A stretch of DNA of 62,509 nt from Chloroflexota bacterium (GTDB lineage: Bacteria > Chloroflexota > Dormibacteria > CF-121): contig VBHC01000113.1 of assembly GCA_005889535.1 (NCBI GenBank), positions 1 to 62,509 on the forward strand, in the 5' to 3' direction. Every line of letters begins with the position of its first letter. Position 1 is the stretch's first letter. Positions 18,658 to 27,649 of the stretch are shown here, piece after piece. Below the pieces are notes generated by a model. It saw only the letters and a list, made by a program, of their open reading frames with translations. It did no database searches and was not told where the DNA came from. The translations under genes and the position numbers were made by a program.

Positions 18658-19677
18658 TCATCCTCCGGTCACGGTGATCGTGCCGCGCATCCCGGCGGCC
18701 TCGTGGAACGTACACAGGTAGCTATAGGTACCAGGCTTTGAGAACTTGAGCTCGAACTTGTCCCCGCCGTTCTGAGTGTCCGAGCTGGGCACCTGCTGAT
18801 TGCTAAAGGTGACATTGTGTAGGGCCGTGCCGGCATTCGTCCACTGAATCACGTCGCCGACCTTCGCTGTGGAGCTGGCCGGTTCGAATTTGAGAGCGTC
18901 GGTCTCGTTGACGTGGACGACCGCAGTCACCCCGCTCACCTTGTCGGCAACCGGCTGCCCGCCGCCCGGCAGCCCTTTCCCACTGAGGTAAGCCTGATAG
19001 TCGGCGCTCGACACCGCATCGACTTCGAGCGACATGGCGTAGTGGCCCAGGCCGCACAACTCATTGCACTGACCGAGATATGTGCCCGGCTGGCTGGCCT
19101 CGATCCAGCCGTGATTCATCTGGCCGGGAATGGCATAGACCTGGCCACCGAGACGGGGTACCCAGAATGAGTGCAGGACATCTTTGCTGGTGACGTGCAG
19201 TTGCACAACCTGGCGCACCGGGATGACGAGCCTCGAGTTGCCCGTCTTGCCGTTGGGATACTTGAACGACCACGCCCACTGAATGCCGGTTACCTGGATG
19301 GTCTGCTGCGGTGGTGGCCCATTGCGGACGTAGTCCATTCGCAACGTGGTCCGTAAAAACAGGAACGACACGATCAGCAGCGGCACCGCCGTCCACACAA
19401 TCTCCAGCCGGGTATTGCCATGAATCTGCGACGGTTCGCGATCGTCCCGGCGGCGGAATCGCAGCGCGGCAAAGACGATCAGGCCGCCCACGATGACGAG
19501 CACGGCCATCGCGACCCAGAAGATCGTCGTATAGACGCTGACGATGTCGCAGGCGTTGGGGCCGGCGCAATTGAGGGGACTGACGTTGACCGCGGCGGCG
19601 GTGATGGGGGTTAACCCGGCAGCGACGCCGAGCGCGAGAAGCATGCCGAGCAGCAGTCGACGTTGATTCACGCTCAC
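18658..19677 (-). CDS. coxB: Cytochrome c oxidase subunit II with a C-terminal type-1 copper domain
   Basis: CuA motifs HSFW and CNELCGLGHYAM, plus an extra cupredoxin domain (HNVTF...CTFHEAAGM). Confidence 0.93.
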   Translation of the reverse strand: MSVNQRRLLLGMLLALGVAAGLTPITAAAVNVSPLNCAGPNACDIVSVYTTIFWVAMAVLVIVGGLIVFAALRFRRRDDREPSQIHGNTRLEIVWTAVPLLIVSFLFLRTTLRMDYVRNGPPPQQTIQVTGIQWAWSFKYPNGKTGNSRLVIPVRQVVQLHVTSKDVLHSFWVPRLGGQVYAIPGQMNHGWIEASQPGTYLGQCNELCGLGHYAMSLEVDAVSSADYQAYLSGKGLPGGGQPVADKVSGVTAVVHVNETDALKFEPASSTAKVGDVIQWTNAGTALHNVTFSNQQVPSSDTQNGGDKFELKFSKPGTYSYLCTFHEAAGMRGTITVTGG

Positions 19678-19702
19678 GACAGTGTAGCGACCGCCATCCA
19701 GG

Positions 19703-20137
19703 TCACCGGTGAAACAGCCACCATCGGCCTCCGGGTGCGCGGTCGCCGTTGATCTCCTGCGCCGTCCGGCGCGCGTCGTGCATCGCGTCGTACCAGGCGG
19801 TCAGCGCCAGGAAGAAGGTGGCCATGAACAGCAGCAGCGACAGAATCTGGAGGAGGAGGGAGAGCACGACCATGGCGCTGCCCCGCGGGCGCCAGAGCGC
19901 CAACAGCTCGCCGGTCGCGCCCGGAATGTTTAGGGTGACGACGAACAGGCCGACGACCCCGAGCAGAAAGATGGCCGCTTTCCGAGGTTGACGGTTGTAC
20001 AGCTGTCCCAGGCCCGGAATCGCGGACAGCCAGGTCGCCAGCCGGACGCTTGCCCGCCGCCCCGCGAGGGCCACCGCTTTGCCCTCCCCCTCAGGGGGAG
20101 GGTAGGGTGGGGGCGGCTTCAGATGCAGTTCGACCAC
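19703..20137 (-). CDS. Hypothetical membrane protein (IPGLGQLYN motif family)
   Basis: 3 TMs. The start is uncertain (GTG at 20137 or 20074); the REP element lies in frame at the N-terminus. Confidence 0.6.
   Translation of the reverse strand: MVELHLKPPPPYPPPEGEGKAVALAGRRASVRLATWLSAIPGLGQLYNRQPRKAAIFLLGVVGLFVVTLNIPGATGELLALWRPRGSAMVVLSLLLQILSLLLFMATFFLALTAWYDAMHDARRTAQEINGDRAPGGRWWLFHR
20082..20112 (+). repeat. REP-like palindromic element, copy 2
   Basis: CCCTCCCCC-TCA-GGGGGAGGG-TAGGGTGGGG. Confidence 0.8.
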
Positions 20138-20150
20138 GGCCAGCTGGGGA

Positions 20151-20285
20151 TTAACGCTGGAACATCCGGAAACAGTAGTAGGCGACGAGCAGCAGGCTGC
20201 AGACCGCCCACACCAATACGAAAAAGAAGTCGCCGGCGCCCGGGTCCCGGCCAAGGTTGAGCAAGTAGACGACCAGCGGAAGCAT
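20151..20285 (-). CDS. 44 aa single-TM protein in the bc operon
   Basis: MLPLVVYLLNLGRDPGAGDFFFVLVWAVCSLLLVAYYCFRMFQR; TGATG coupling to the upstream small ORF. Confidence 0.6.
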   Translation of the reverse strand: MLPLVVYLLNLGRDPGAGDFFFVLVWAVCSLLLVAYYCFRMFQR

Positions 20286-20416
20286 CAGCCGCCTGCCTTG
20301 TGAGCCTTGGTGACGTCGAGCAGGTTCTCGGACACGATCACGAGGGCGGTCAGGCCGACGAGCAGGACGAAGGCGATCGCGGTGCCGATCAGGTTCTTTA
20401 ACTGCTGACGTCTCAC
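20285..20416 (-). CDS. 43 aa single-TM protein in the bc operon
   Basis: MRRQQLKNLIGTAIAFVLLVGLTALVIVSENLLDVTKAHKAGG; GTGA overlap with the cytochrome c stop. Confidence 0.65.
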   Translation of the reverse strand: MRRQQLKNLIGTAIAFVLLVGLTALVIVSENLLDVTKAHKAGG

Positions 20417-21432
20417 GGCAAGCTCGTGTACTGCTGCCACATCCGGATCCAGTGGACCAGCAGGTTGACGTTGTCATTGATTGGCTGCGGCAGCAACTTC
20501 TTGAGCCCCCAGGCAGGCATGATCGTTCCCAGGTGGTCTTCGCCCTGGTTACCCAGGTAGATGCAACGGTAGTAGTAGTCGTCACTGAAGAAGCCGAGCC
20601 GGTTCTGATCGTTGAGCGGCGGCCCCTTCCCTCCCTCTCCCAGGGCGCCGTGGCACTGGGCGCAGTTGTTCTCGTAAAGCTGCGGCGCCTTGTCGTACAC
20701 GCCGAATGGGCTCGGCACCAGGTCCGCGTGGGCACCCGCCTCAGTGGTTGCCTGCCGGTTGCCGTTGTGGCAGATGATGCAGCCGCTTTCATCGATCCCC
20801 AAACCCTTGTACTGGCTTGGGATGAAGCCGGTCAGCTGGGCCACCACCGGCTTGTTCGTGCTGGGGTCGTTCACGACTTTGCCGTTCGCGTCCAGCAGGT
20901 AGTACGCCTGCGCCTTCGGGTCGAGGCAGCTGGCCGCGGCGGCGGCGGCCGGCGAGGCGGATGGTGTCGGCGAGGCCGCCGGCGCGGGCGAGGTCGCCGC
21001 CCCGGGCGCAGCCGATGATGATGGCCTGGCGGATGCGGACGGCTTCGGCGAGGCGCTCGCCGATGGGCTGGCACTGGCGGACGGGCTGGCGGCGGCCACC
21101 GGCCGGCAGACCAACGTGTCCTGTCCGTACTTGGCGAAGACCGCGTCATTGATGACGGCCGGATGATTCGGGCCCAGCCGCTTGGCGGCTTCCTGCGGAC
21201 CGATCTTTTGGATATCGGGGACGTGACAGGTAATGCAGCGTTCGACGACGAACTGGTTGTTGACCTGGACCCTGGGGAACAGCTGCTGCACCTGGATCGG
21301 GAAGTCGGCGCCATACTGCTTCGCATACTTCTGCTGGATCGGAACCCACGGCCGGTTCAGGTCCTGGTAGAAAGCGAAGGCCAGCAAGACCAGAAACAGA
21401 CCGCTCGCCACCAGGAAGGCTCGACCTAACAC
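20413..21432 (-). CDS. Membrane-anchored triheme cytochrome c of the Rieske/cyt b complex
   Basis: Three CxxCH motifs (CITCH, CIICH, CAQCH), an N-terminal TM and an Ala/Ser/Pro insert. Confidence 0.88.
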   Translation of the reverse strand: MLGRAFLVASGLFLVLLAFAFYQDLNRPWVPIQQKYAKQYGADFPIQVQQLFPRVQVNNQFVVERCITCHVPDIQKIGPQEAAKRLGPNHPAVINDAVFAKYGQDTLVCRPVAAASPSASASPSASASPKPSASARPSSSAAPGAATSPAPAASPTPSASPAAAAAASCLDPKAQAYYLLDANGKVVNDPSTNKPVVAQLTGFIPSQYKGLGIDESGCIICHNGNRQATTEAGAHADLVPSPFGVYDKAPQLYENNCAQCHGALGEGGKGPPLNDQNRLGFFSDDYYYRCIYLGNQGEDHLGTIMPAWGLKKLLPQPINDNVNLLVHWIRMWQQYTSLP

Positions 21433-21968
21433 GACCTGCCTCCGCAGGTCTGCGGGTTACCCAGCACCCAGCCCCAATCCCAGATGAACTCATGGCCGCG
21501 GAAGAAGGTCCCGATGATGACCAGGGCGACCACGATCGCCATGTAGAGCCCGAAGAGAATGATGGCAACCTTCCGTTCCGACGGTCGACGGCTCGGATTG
21601 CGATCCAGGAAGGGCACCAGGATCATCAGCACGATGACGAAGGTCGGAAAGGCAACCCCCGCCATGAGCGGCGGGAATCGGGACAGCAGCTCCTGCAAAC
21701 CCAGGAAGTACCAGGGAGCTTTGGAAGGGTTGGGCGTGACGCCGGGATTTGCCTGCCCGAGCAGGGGCGCTTGCAGGAAGATCGAAACCAGGATCAAAAA
21801 GACGGTCATCGCCACCGAGGCGATGAACTCTTTGAAAATGAACTCGGGGAAGGAGACGATCATCTCGTCTTCGCTGTCGTCCCGCACCGTGGTGGGCGCC
21901 TCCATCTGACGCCGGCGCGCCTCCACGCGCTGGCGGGCGGCGATCCGATCCGTTGCCTCGGTGGCCAT
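21426..21968 (-). CDS. Cytochrome b C-terminal part / subunit IV (PetD/QcrC-like)
   Basis: TPNPSKAPWYFLGLQELL (PEWY-equivalent) and LVPFLDR motifs. Confidence 0.88.
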   Translation of the reverse strand: MATEATDRIAARQRVEARRRQMEAPTTVRDDSEDEMIVSFPEFIFKEFIASVAMTVFLILVSIFLQAPLLGQANPGVTPNPSKAPWYFLGLQELLSRFPPLMAGVAFPTFVIVLMILVPFLDRNPSRRPSERKVAIILFGLYMAIVVALVIIGTFFRGHEFIWDWGWVLGNPQTCGGRSC

Positions 21969-21974
21969 GCCTAG

Positions 21975-22706
21975 CTAGAGGCCTCCGCTGAACCCATCTT
22001 TTCGAACCCGCCAGAAATGGACGACCATCAGGAGAAATCCGACGAGCGGCAGCCCGACGACGTGCATCACATAGAAACGAAGCAGCGTGGCATCACCGAC
22101 CGCGTGACCGCCCAGCATCAGGTAACGAGTGTAGGGGCCGGCGATCGGCGCGTATTTCGCCATGTTCGTCCCCACCGTCACGGCCCAGATGGAGAGCTGG
22201 TCCCAGGGCAGCAGGTAGCCGGTGAAGCTGAGCAGCAGTGTGACCAGCAGCAGCACGGTCCCGATGCCCCAGTTGAACTCGCGAGGTTTCTTGTAGGCAC
22301 CAGTCAGGAAGACGCGCGCCATGTGCAGCCAGACCGTGATCACCATGGCATGCGCCGCCCAGCGATGCATGTTCCGGATCAGGCCGCCGAAGGTCACGAC
22401 GAACTGCAGGTCACGCATGTCTTGATAAGCGTGGTTGATCGACGGGACGTAATAAAACATCAGGTAGAGGCCGGTGACAGTGAGGACGATGAAGAGGAAG
22501 AACGAGAGTCCACCGAGGCAGAGGGTGTAGGACATTCGGATCCAGGAGCGACGGACCCGAACCGGGTGAATGTGCAGCACGAAGTTGGTCAGCGCCGTGC
22601 GCGCCGCGATCTTGTCGGTCAGCGGGAGGCCATGGCGAAAGACGGCCGAGGTCATTTGCCCAACCATCGACCACATCTCATCGACCGCGGCGCGGATGAC
22701 CCTCAT
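21975..22706 (-). CDS. Cytochrome b6-like N-terminal subunit (PetB/QcrB-like)
   Basis: HRWAAH...[13 protein letters not shown] and MHV...VHF heme His ligands. The Cys in YTLCLGG is at the heme ci position. Confidence 0.92.
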   Translation of the reverse strand: MRVIRAAVDEMWSMVGQMTSAVFRHGLPLTDKIAARTALTNFVLHIHPVRVRRSWIRMSYTLCLGGLSFFLFIVLTVTGLYLMFYYVPSINHAYQDMRDLQFVVTFGGLIRNMHRWAAHAMVITVWLHMARVFLTGAYKKPREFNWGIGTVLLLVTLLLSFTGYLLPWDQLSIWAVTVGTNMAKYAPIAGPYTRYLMLGGHAVGDATLLRFYVMHVVGLPLVGFLLMVVHFWRVRKDGFSGGL

Positions 22707-22724
22707 GAACCCTCCTGTCCCTCG

Positions 22725-23309
22725 CTAAACCTTGAGGCGAAACTTGTGATCGACGACGATCGAGCGGTCGATGAAAAGACGGCCGTCCTTGGCCAGCTCC
22801 ATGTGTACCCGATCCATCGGTCGCGGTGCCGGACCGAAGAAATTGTCGGCGTCCCGAAAGTAGCGGCTGCCGTGGCAGGGGCACTTGAAGCCCGGTAAGG
22901 TCGGATTGGCCTTGGTCGCCAGCTGGCCCGTGTCTGGATCCCTCGAGATCTGGGTGCCGGCCAAGACCAGGTCACTGGTCACATCCGGAAAATACCTCGG
23001 CGTGCAGCCGAGGTGAGTGCAGATGAGGCTGATGGCGTAAAAGCCGTCCTGGTCACGATTGATCACGACCCGTTTGTCGATCAGGACGGTGGTCGACCCC
23101 ACGGCGTAGCTGGTCGGGAAGGCCAGCTCACCCACTGGCTTGAACGCCGGCGGATCCTCATAGGTGGCGTTCGGTTGGATGAATTTGACGCTCTGGAAGA
23201 GTGCGATCGCCGAGGCCACCGTGAAGCCGACCCAGCCGACGATCGCCAGGAAGCTGCGACGTGTCATCTCGCGGCTGTCCTCGACCAGGCGCTTGAAATC
23301 GGCAGCCAT
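22725..23309 (-). CDS. Rieske iron-sulfur subunit
   Basis: TRRSFL Tat motif; CTHLGC and CPCHG boxes, with a long insertion between them. Confidence 0.93.
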   Translation of the reverse strand: MAADFKRLVEDSREMTRRSFLAIVGWVGFTVASAIALFQSVKFIQPNATYEDPPAFKPVGELAFPTSYAVGSTTVLIDKRVVINRDQDGFYAISLICTHLGCTPRYFPDVTSDLVLAGTQISRDPDTGQLATKANPTLPGFKCPCHGSRYFRDADNFFGPAPRPMDRVHMELAKDGRLFIDRSIVVDHKFRLKV

Positions 23310-23443
23310 TACACGAAGGCGTTGTGGGCTGGCGGGGTAAAGATCGTCGCGAAGACGATCGTCGACGCCATGATGATGACGAAGAGGGTGGCTACGAGCA
23401 GACAGCCGAAGTCAGCCTTGATCGCCGCGATGGCGCCGCGCAC
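23309..23443 (-). CDS. 44 aa single-TM protein heading the bc operon
   Basis: MRGAIAAIKADFGCLLVATLFVIIMASTIVFATIFTPPAHNAFV; TAATG overlap with the Rieske start. TGC-TATCCT lies 7 nt upstream, suggesting a leaderless start. Confidence 0.65.
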   Translation of the reverse strand: MRGAIAAIKADFGCLLVATLFVIIMASTIVFATIFTPPAHNAFV

Positions 23444-23502
23444 GAAATCGAGGATAGCAAAGGGACCCTCCGCGAAACATCGGGTCTCCGCCCGAGGTCA
23501 GC

Positions 23503-25506
23503 TCAGGTCAGGCGCGCCGCCGGCACTGACGCCGGCGCCGATGCCAGGGCCATCCGCTTGCGCACGTACTCGTGCACGAGGGAGACCAGGGTGGCCTGGC
23601 TCCAGGTCAAGGGTGACACGGAGAGTGGCGCTTTGGTGTAGGGATCGAGCTGCTCGGCCAGCACGCCGCTGGGCAGGGCGGCACCGGCCACCCATTCGAG
23701 GATATCGTGCGCCGGCCGCAGATCCTCGAGCGAAGCGGCTCGGCTGACCAGCCACTGCCCGTACCACATGGTGCAGATGAACCAGGGATTGCCAGGCACG
23801 TTGGCGATATCCTGGCTCACCTGGTAGTACCAGTCGTTCTCATAGCGGGCGATGCCGCCCACCTCGGTCTTGCACCACAGCCGGTCGTAGACCGCCTTCA
23901 TGGTGCTGACGATTTGCGGGTCGTCGGCGGGGAGCATGCCAAAGTACCAGAGTCCGTAAACGCTGGAGTCGATGGTGAGGTCGCGCGCGGTGGTTCCATC
24001 CGGTCGCCGATAGATGCGGCGGACGAACCGGTTCAGCTCGGCATCGAACAGATAGCGCCGGGTCCCTTGCTTGATCCCCTCTGCCGTTTGCCGGTAGCGG
24101 TCGGCCAGCTTGGTTTCGCCGTAGAGCTGGGCGAAGTTCGCCGCGGCCTGCAACCCGGCCCACACGGCCGCCACCGTAAAGCTCATCACGCCGCGACGTT
24201 CCTCCCAGAGGTCGTAGCTGGGTTCAGGCAGGCCGGTCAGCGGATCGATGTAACTGGCAAGGAAATCGCCCGTCAGGAGGATGAGTGGCCGGTAGTAGCT
24301 CTTGAAGAATTCGAAGTCGCGGTGGCGGTCGTAGTGCTGCCACAGCGCGAAGAGGACCAGTCCCGTCTCGTCCTCCTGGATCGGGTACTGCGGTTTGCCG
24401 GTTGGATCCACCCACGGATGCCAGCTGCTGCCCGGATCGCCAGCCGGCGTGTACTTGTGCCGAAAGTATCCCTCCCTGGTGACGATCCGGGCGCAGAGCT
24501 CGAAGAAGCGCCGAGGCAGGTCGACGTAGCCGGCCTGGTCCATGGCATAAACGGCGAGGGCGGCGTCGCGCGGCCACATGTAGCTATAGGTGTCACGGGC
24601 GAACTTGATGATGTCGGCGTCATTCGCGGCGAGAACGGCGCCTCCGCCGTCCACCTGGGTTCGAACGACCAGCAGGCAGCGGCGATACAGCTCCGCAACC
24701 CGTGGCGAGAGATCGGCGAACTCGCGATTTTCCTTGTTCACCCATGCGATCCAGTAGGAGCGGGTCCGCTCCAGGAAGGCTTCCGGTCCGCGCAGGCTGA
24801 CCACGTCGGCGACGGTCTGTAGCTCGGCGAAATTGCGCGCCGCGATCAGCCATTGGTAGGCGGTGCCGGTCTGCCCCTGCGGGACCCGGCCCAGGTTCAG
24901 AGCCAGCGTCATGTCCACCGAGCCCTGCTCAATCGGGTTGTTGCCGAGCTCGCCATCCTCCGCATCTCGCCAGGTTCCCTGGGCGCCACCAACGTCTTTC
25001 TTGCCGCAGGCATAGCCGTCCAGTCCGATGCGATCGCCGACCTGGCCGCAGGCCGCAAAGCACCGCTGGCCCTTGTAGGCCACCAGCCCTTTCACGGCCG
25101 GGTAGTACATGACGGTGTCGCCGACCTCGGTGCCATAGATGTGCCAGTCGAAGTGGAAGAAGAGCCGAATTTCGCGCTCGGGCCCCTCGTTGACGACGCG
25201 GACCCGCCTGATCAGGACGTCGCGGCCCAGATCGACGGCGTCGTTGAAGGTCAGCGAGAGCGCGAGATCCGGGTGGCGGAGGGTCACATTGGTAACCAGG
25301 GTGTCCGGGAGGTACACGAGATCCCTCGACCAGGCGTGGTCGTCGAGCCAGGCGAACCGTCCGTCCGCCCAGACGCCAAACCGGTTGAGCTCTCCGCTGG
25401 TGTGGTTTTCCTGGCCGACCCGCGGGTAATAGATGTCGCGCAGCTGGTAGTTGCGATCGAAGTTGATGAGCAAGGCGCCGTTCCCCACCGGCAGGTCGCG
25501 AGACAC
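23503..25506 (-). CDS. Glycoside hydrolase family 15 (glucoamylase/trehalase-like)
   Basis: RDLPVGNG start, YSYMWPRDAA, PIQEDETG, DLWEERRG and LAEQ...PLTWSQA motifs. Start is GTG 25506 or ATG 25515. Confidence 0.92.
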   Translation of the reverse strand: MSRDLPVGNGALLINFDRNYQLRDIYYPRVGQENHTSGELNRFGVWADGRFAWLDDHAWSRDLVYLPDTLVTNVTLRHPDLALSLTFNDAVDLGRDVLIRRVRVVNEGPEREIRLFFHFDWHIYGTEVGDTVMYYPAVKGLVAYKGQRCFAACGQVGDRIGLDGYACGKKDVGGAQGTWRDAEDGELGNNPIEQGSVDMTLALNLGRVPQGQTGTAYQWLIAARNFAELQTVADVVSLRGPEAFLERTRSYWIAWVNKENREFADLSPRVAELYRRCLLVVRTQVDGGGAVLAANDADIIKFARDTYSYMWPRDAALAVYAMDQAGYVDLPRRFFELCARIVTREGYFRHKYTPAGDPGSSWHPWVDPTGKPQYPIQEDETGLVLFALWQHYDRHRDFEFFKSYYRPLILLTGDFLASYIDPLTGLPEPSYDLWEERRGVMSFTVAAVWAGLQAAANFAQLYGETKLADRYRQTAEGIKQGTRRYLFDAELNRFVRRIYRRPDGTTARDLTIDSSVYGLWYFGMLPADDPQIVSTMKAVYDRLWCKTEVGGIARYENDWYYQVSQDIANVPGNPWFICTMWYGQWLVSRAASLEDLRPAHDILEWVAGAALPSGVLAEQLDPYTKAPLSVSPLTWSQATLVSLVHEYVRKRMALASAPASVPAARLT

Positions 25507-25525
25507 GTCGGCCATTATGGAGGGT

Positions 25526-25918
25526 ATGGCCACGCTGACCGTTCGGTCCAAGCACAAGGCGGACGTGATCGATGTCACCGATCGCGTCCAGCAGCTGGTG
25601 AACGAGAGCGGCGTGGAGGCGGGTCTGTGCCATGTCTACGTCGCGCACACGACCGCCGGCGTCTTCATCAATGAGAACGCCGACCCGGATGTGATGACGG
25701 ATGTCCTGACCACGCTCGACGCACTCGTACCGTGGGAGAACGGCTACCGGCACGCCGAGGGCAACGCGGCCGCGCACATCAAGGCGACGCTGATCGGGAC
25801 ATCGCAAACCATACCGGTGCGCGACGGCCGCCTGGCACTGGGGCGCTGGCAGGGAATTTACTTCGCGGAGTTCGATGGCCCGCGTGAGCGGCAGGTCCAG
25901 GTCACGATTCTGGGCTGA
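25526..25918 (+). CDS. yjbQ: YjbQ/UPF0047 family protein
   Basis: HTTAG...NENADP, H.EGNAAAHIK, LGRWQGIYFAEFDGPR motifs. Confidence 0.92.
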   Translation: MATLTVRSKHKADVIDVTDRVQQLVNESGVEAGLCHVYVAHTTAGVFINENADPDVMTDVLTTLDALVPWENGYRHAEGNAAAHIKATLIGTSQTIPVRDGRLALGRWQGIYFAEFDGPRERQVQVTILG

Positions 25919-25926
25919 CAATATGA

Positions 25927-25947
25927 AGCCGCCCCGGAGGGGCGGCT
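25927..25947. terminator. GC-rich hairpin between the convergent yjbQ and hsp20 genes
   Basis: Perfect 9-bp stem, AGCCGCCCC-GGA-GGGGCGGCT. Confidence 0.6.
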
Positions 25948-25971
25948 GTTACGACGCCGATGGTGACGAAC

Positions 25972-26493
25972 CTATTTCTTCTGGCCTGCTGGTACCGTGC
26001 TGCCGATCTGCTTCTGCTCGCCGTTTCCGCTGGCCGTTCCGCCGCTGATCGGGATCTTCACGGACTTCGGCTTGGCCGGCTGGGCCTTCGGCACGGTCAG
26101 GATCAACATGCCATTCACGAACTGCGCGCGGGCCTGTTCGCCGACGGCGTCCTCGGGTAGGGTGACCTGCCGGCTGAACTTCCCGTAGAAGTTTTCGCGC
26201 AGCCAGTAGCTCTCGGGCTGAATGCCGGCCGGCGGCATGATCTCGCCCTTGATATTGATCTGCCCGCCATCGAAGGTGACATCGACAGTGCTCGGGTCCA
26301 CCCCCGGGACGGCGGCCCGGACCACCCATTCCCTGTCGGTCTGGTAGACGTCCAGGGGCAGGTAACCCTCACCGACCGCGCCGACTGTTCTCGAGTGGCC
26401 GGGAACGCCGAAAGTATCGCCGAACAGGCGGTCCATGGCGCTGTGCAGCGACATCAGATCCGTGATTGGTGACCAACGAATCACGTTGCTCAT
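25972..26493 (-). CDS. Hsp20/alpha-crystallin small heat shock protein
   Basis: PLDVYQT...AAVPGV...RE..YGKFSRQVTLP...NGMLILTVPK. Confidence 0.93.
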   Translation of the reverse strand: MSNVIRWSPITDLMSLHSAMDRLFGDTFGVPGHSRTVGAVGEGYLPLDVYQTDREWVVRAAVPGVDPSTVDVTFDGGQINIKGEIMPPAGIQPESYWLRENFYGKFSRQVTLPEDAVGEQARAQFVNGMLILTVPKAQPAKPKSVKIPISGGTASGNGEQKQIGSTVPAGQKK

Positions 26494-26662
26494 GGCTGAC
26501 CTCCTTCGTTGAGTTGTTTTCGTTCGCCCATATACCCCCTGACGGGGACGTGTTAAACGCTCGCGGGATGGTCGAAACGGGCCTGTTTACACTCGGTGAA
26601 GATGCGTAACCAGGGCCGCAATGCCGGTATATACTGGTCAGATTCTTTAGCCGGGGAGACGC

Positions 26663-27646
26663 ATGCTTACCAGCATCAAGTCGGTCGGCAGCTACGTTCC
26701 GTCCGGCATCTTGACGAACGCCGACCTCGAAAAGATGGTCGAGACGTCGGATACATGGATTCGCGACCGCACCGGCATCGTTGAGCGCCGGATCGCCGCC
26801 GTCAACGAGACCGCCACCGACCTCGCCGCGGAAGCGGCGAAGGACGCGCTGGCCGCGGCGGGACTGCGCCCCCAGGATACGGACCTGATCGTTTCGAGCA
26901 CATCCACCCCGGACTCGATGTTCCCCTCGGTCGCATCGCGGGTGCAGGAGCGGCTGGGGGCCCACGGCCCGGCCTTCGACGTGCAGGCAGCCTGCACCGG
27001 CTTCCTCTACGCGATGAGTGTGGCCGACCGTTTCGTCAGCGGCGGCGAGGCGAAGCAGGCGATCGTGATCGGCAGCGAGACGCTCACCAAGATCATCAAC
27101 TTCAAGGACCGCGGCACCTGTGTCGTCTTCGGTGACGGCGCGGGCGCGGTGGTGCTGGGGCCGGGCGTCAATGGCGCCGGCATCAAGTCCTGCGTGCTCG
27201 GATCCGACGGCTCCGGCGGTGACCTTATCTATGTCGCGCCCGGCGCCGATGGCCCCGAGGGCCCGGGCCGTCCGGAGATCCGGATGGACGGGCGAAAAGT
27301 CTTCCGCTTCGCCACGGAGATCCTGGCCCAGGCGACACTCCAGGCGTTGGAGAAGGCCAACGTCCGGCTGGAGGACGTCAAGCTGATCGTCCCCCACCAG
27401 GCCAACGCCCGCATCATCGAAGCGGCCGGCAAGCGGCTTGGCGTTGGCGGGGACGTCATGGTCAACGGGATTGCGTCCTACGGCAACACGTCGACGGCGT
27501 CGATACCGCTGGCGCTCAAGGATGCACTGGCCGCGGGCCGGCTGAAAACTGGTGACCACCTGGTGCTCGTCGGGTTCGGCGCCGGACTGACCTGGGGGGC
27601 TTGCGTGATCGAGTGGGAAGGCGCGCCCGTAAGGGTCGCGGCCTAA
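26663..27646 (+). CDS. fabH: 3-oxoacyl-ACP synthase III
   Basis: AACTGF, FGDGAGA, PHQAN, GNTSTASIP and GFGAGLTWG motifs. Confidence 0.95.
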   Translation: MLTSIKSVGSYVPSGILTNADLEKMVETSDTWIRDRTGIVERRIAAVNETATDLAAEAAKDALAAAGLRPQDTDLIVSSTSTPDSMFPSVASRVQERLGAHGPAFDVQAACTGFLYAMSVADRFVSGGEAKQAIVIGSETLTKIINFKDRGTCVVFGDGAGAVVLGPGVNGAGIKSCVLGSDGSGGDLIYVAPGADGPEGPGRPEIRMDGRKVFRFATEILAQATLQALEKANVRLEDVKLIVPHQANARIIEAAGKRLGVGGDVMVNGIASYGNTSTASIPLALKDALAAGRLKTGDHLVLVGFGAGLTWGACVIEWEGAPVRVAA

Positions 27647-27649
27647 CCC

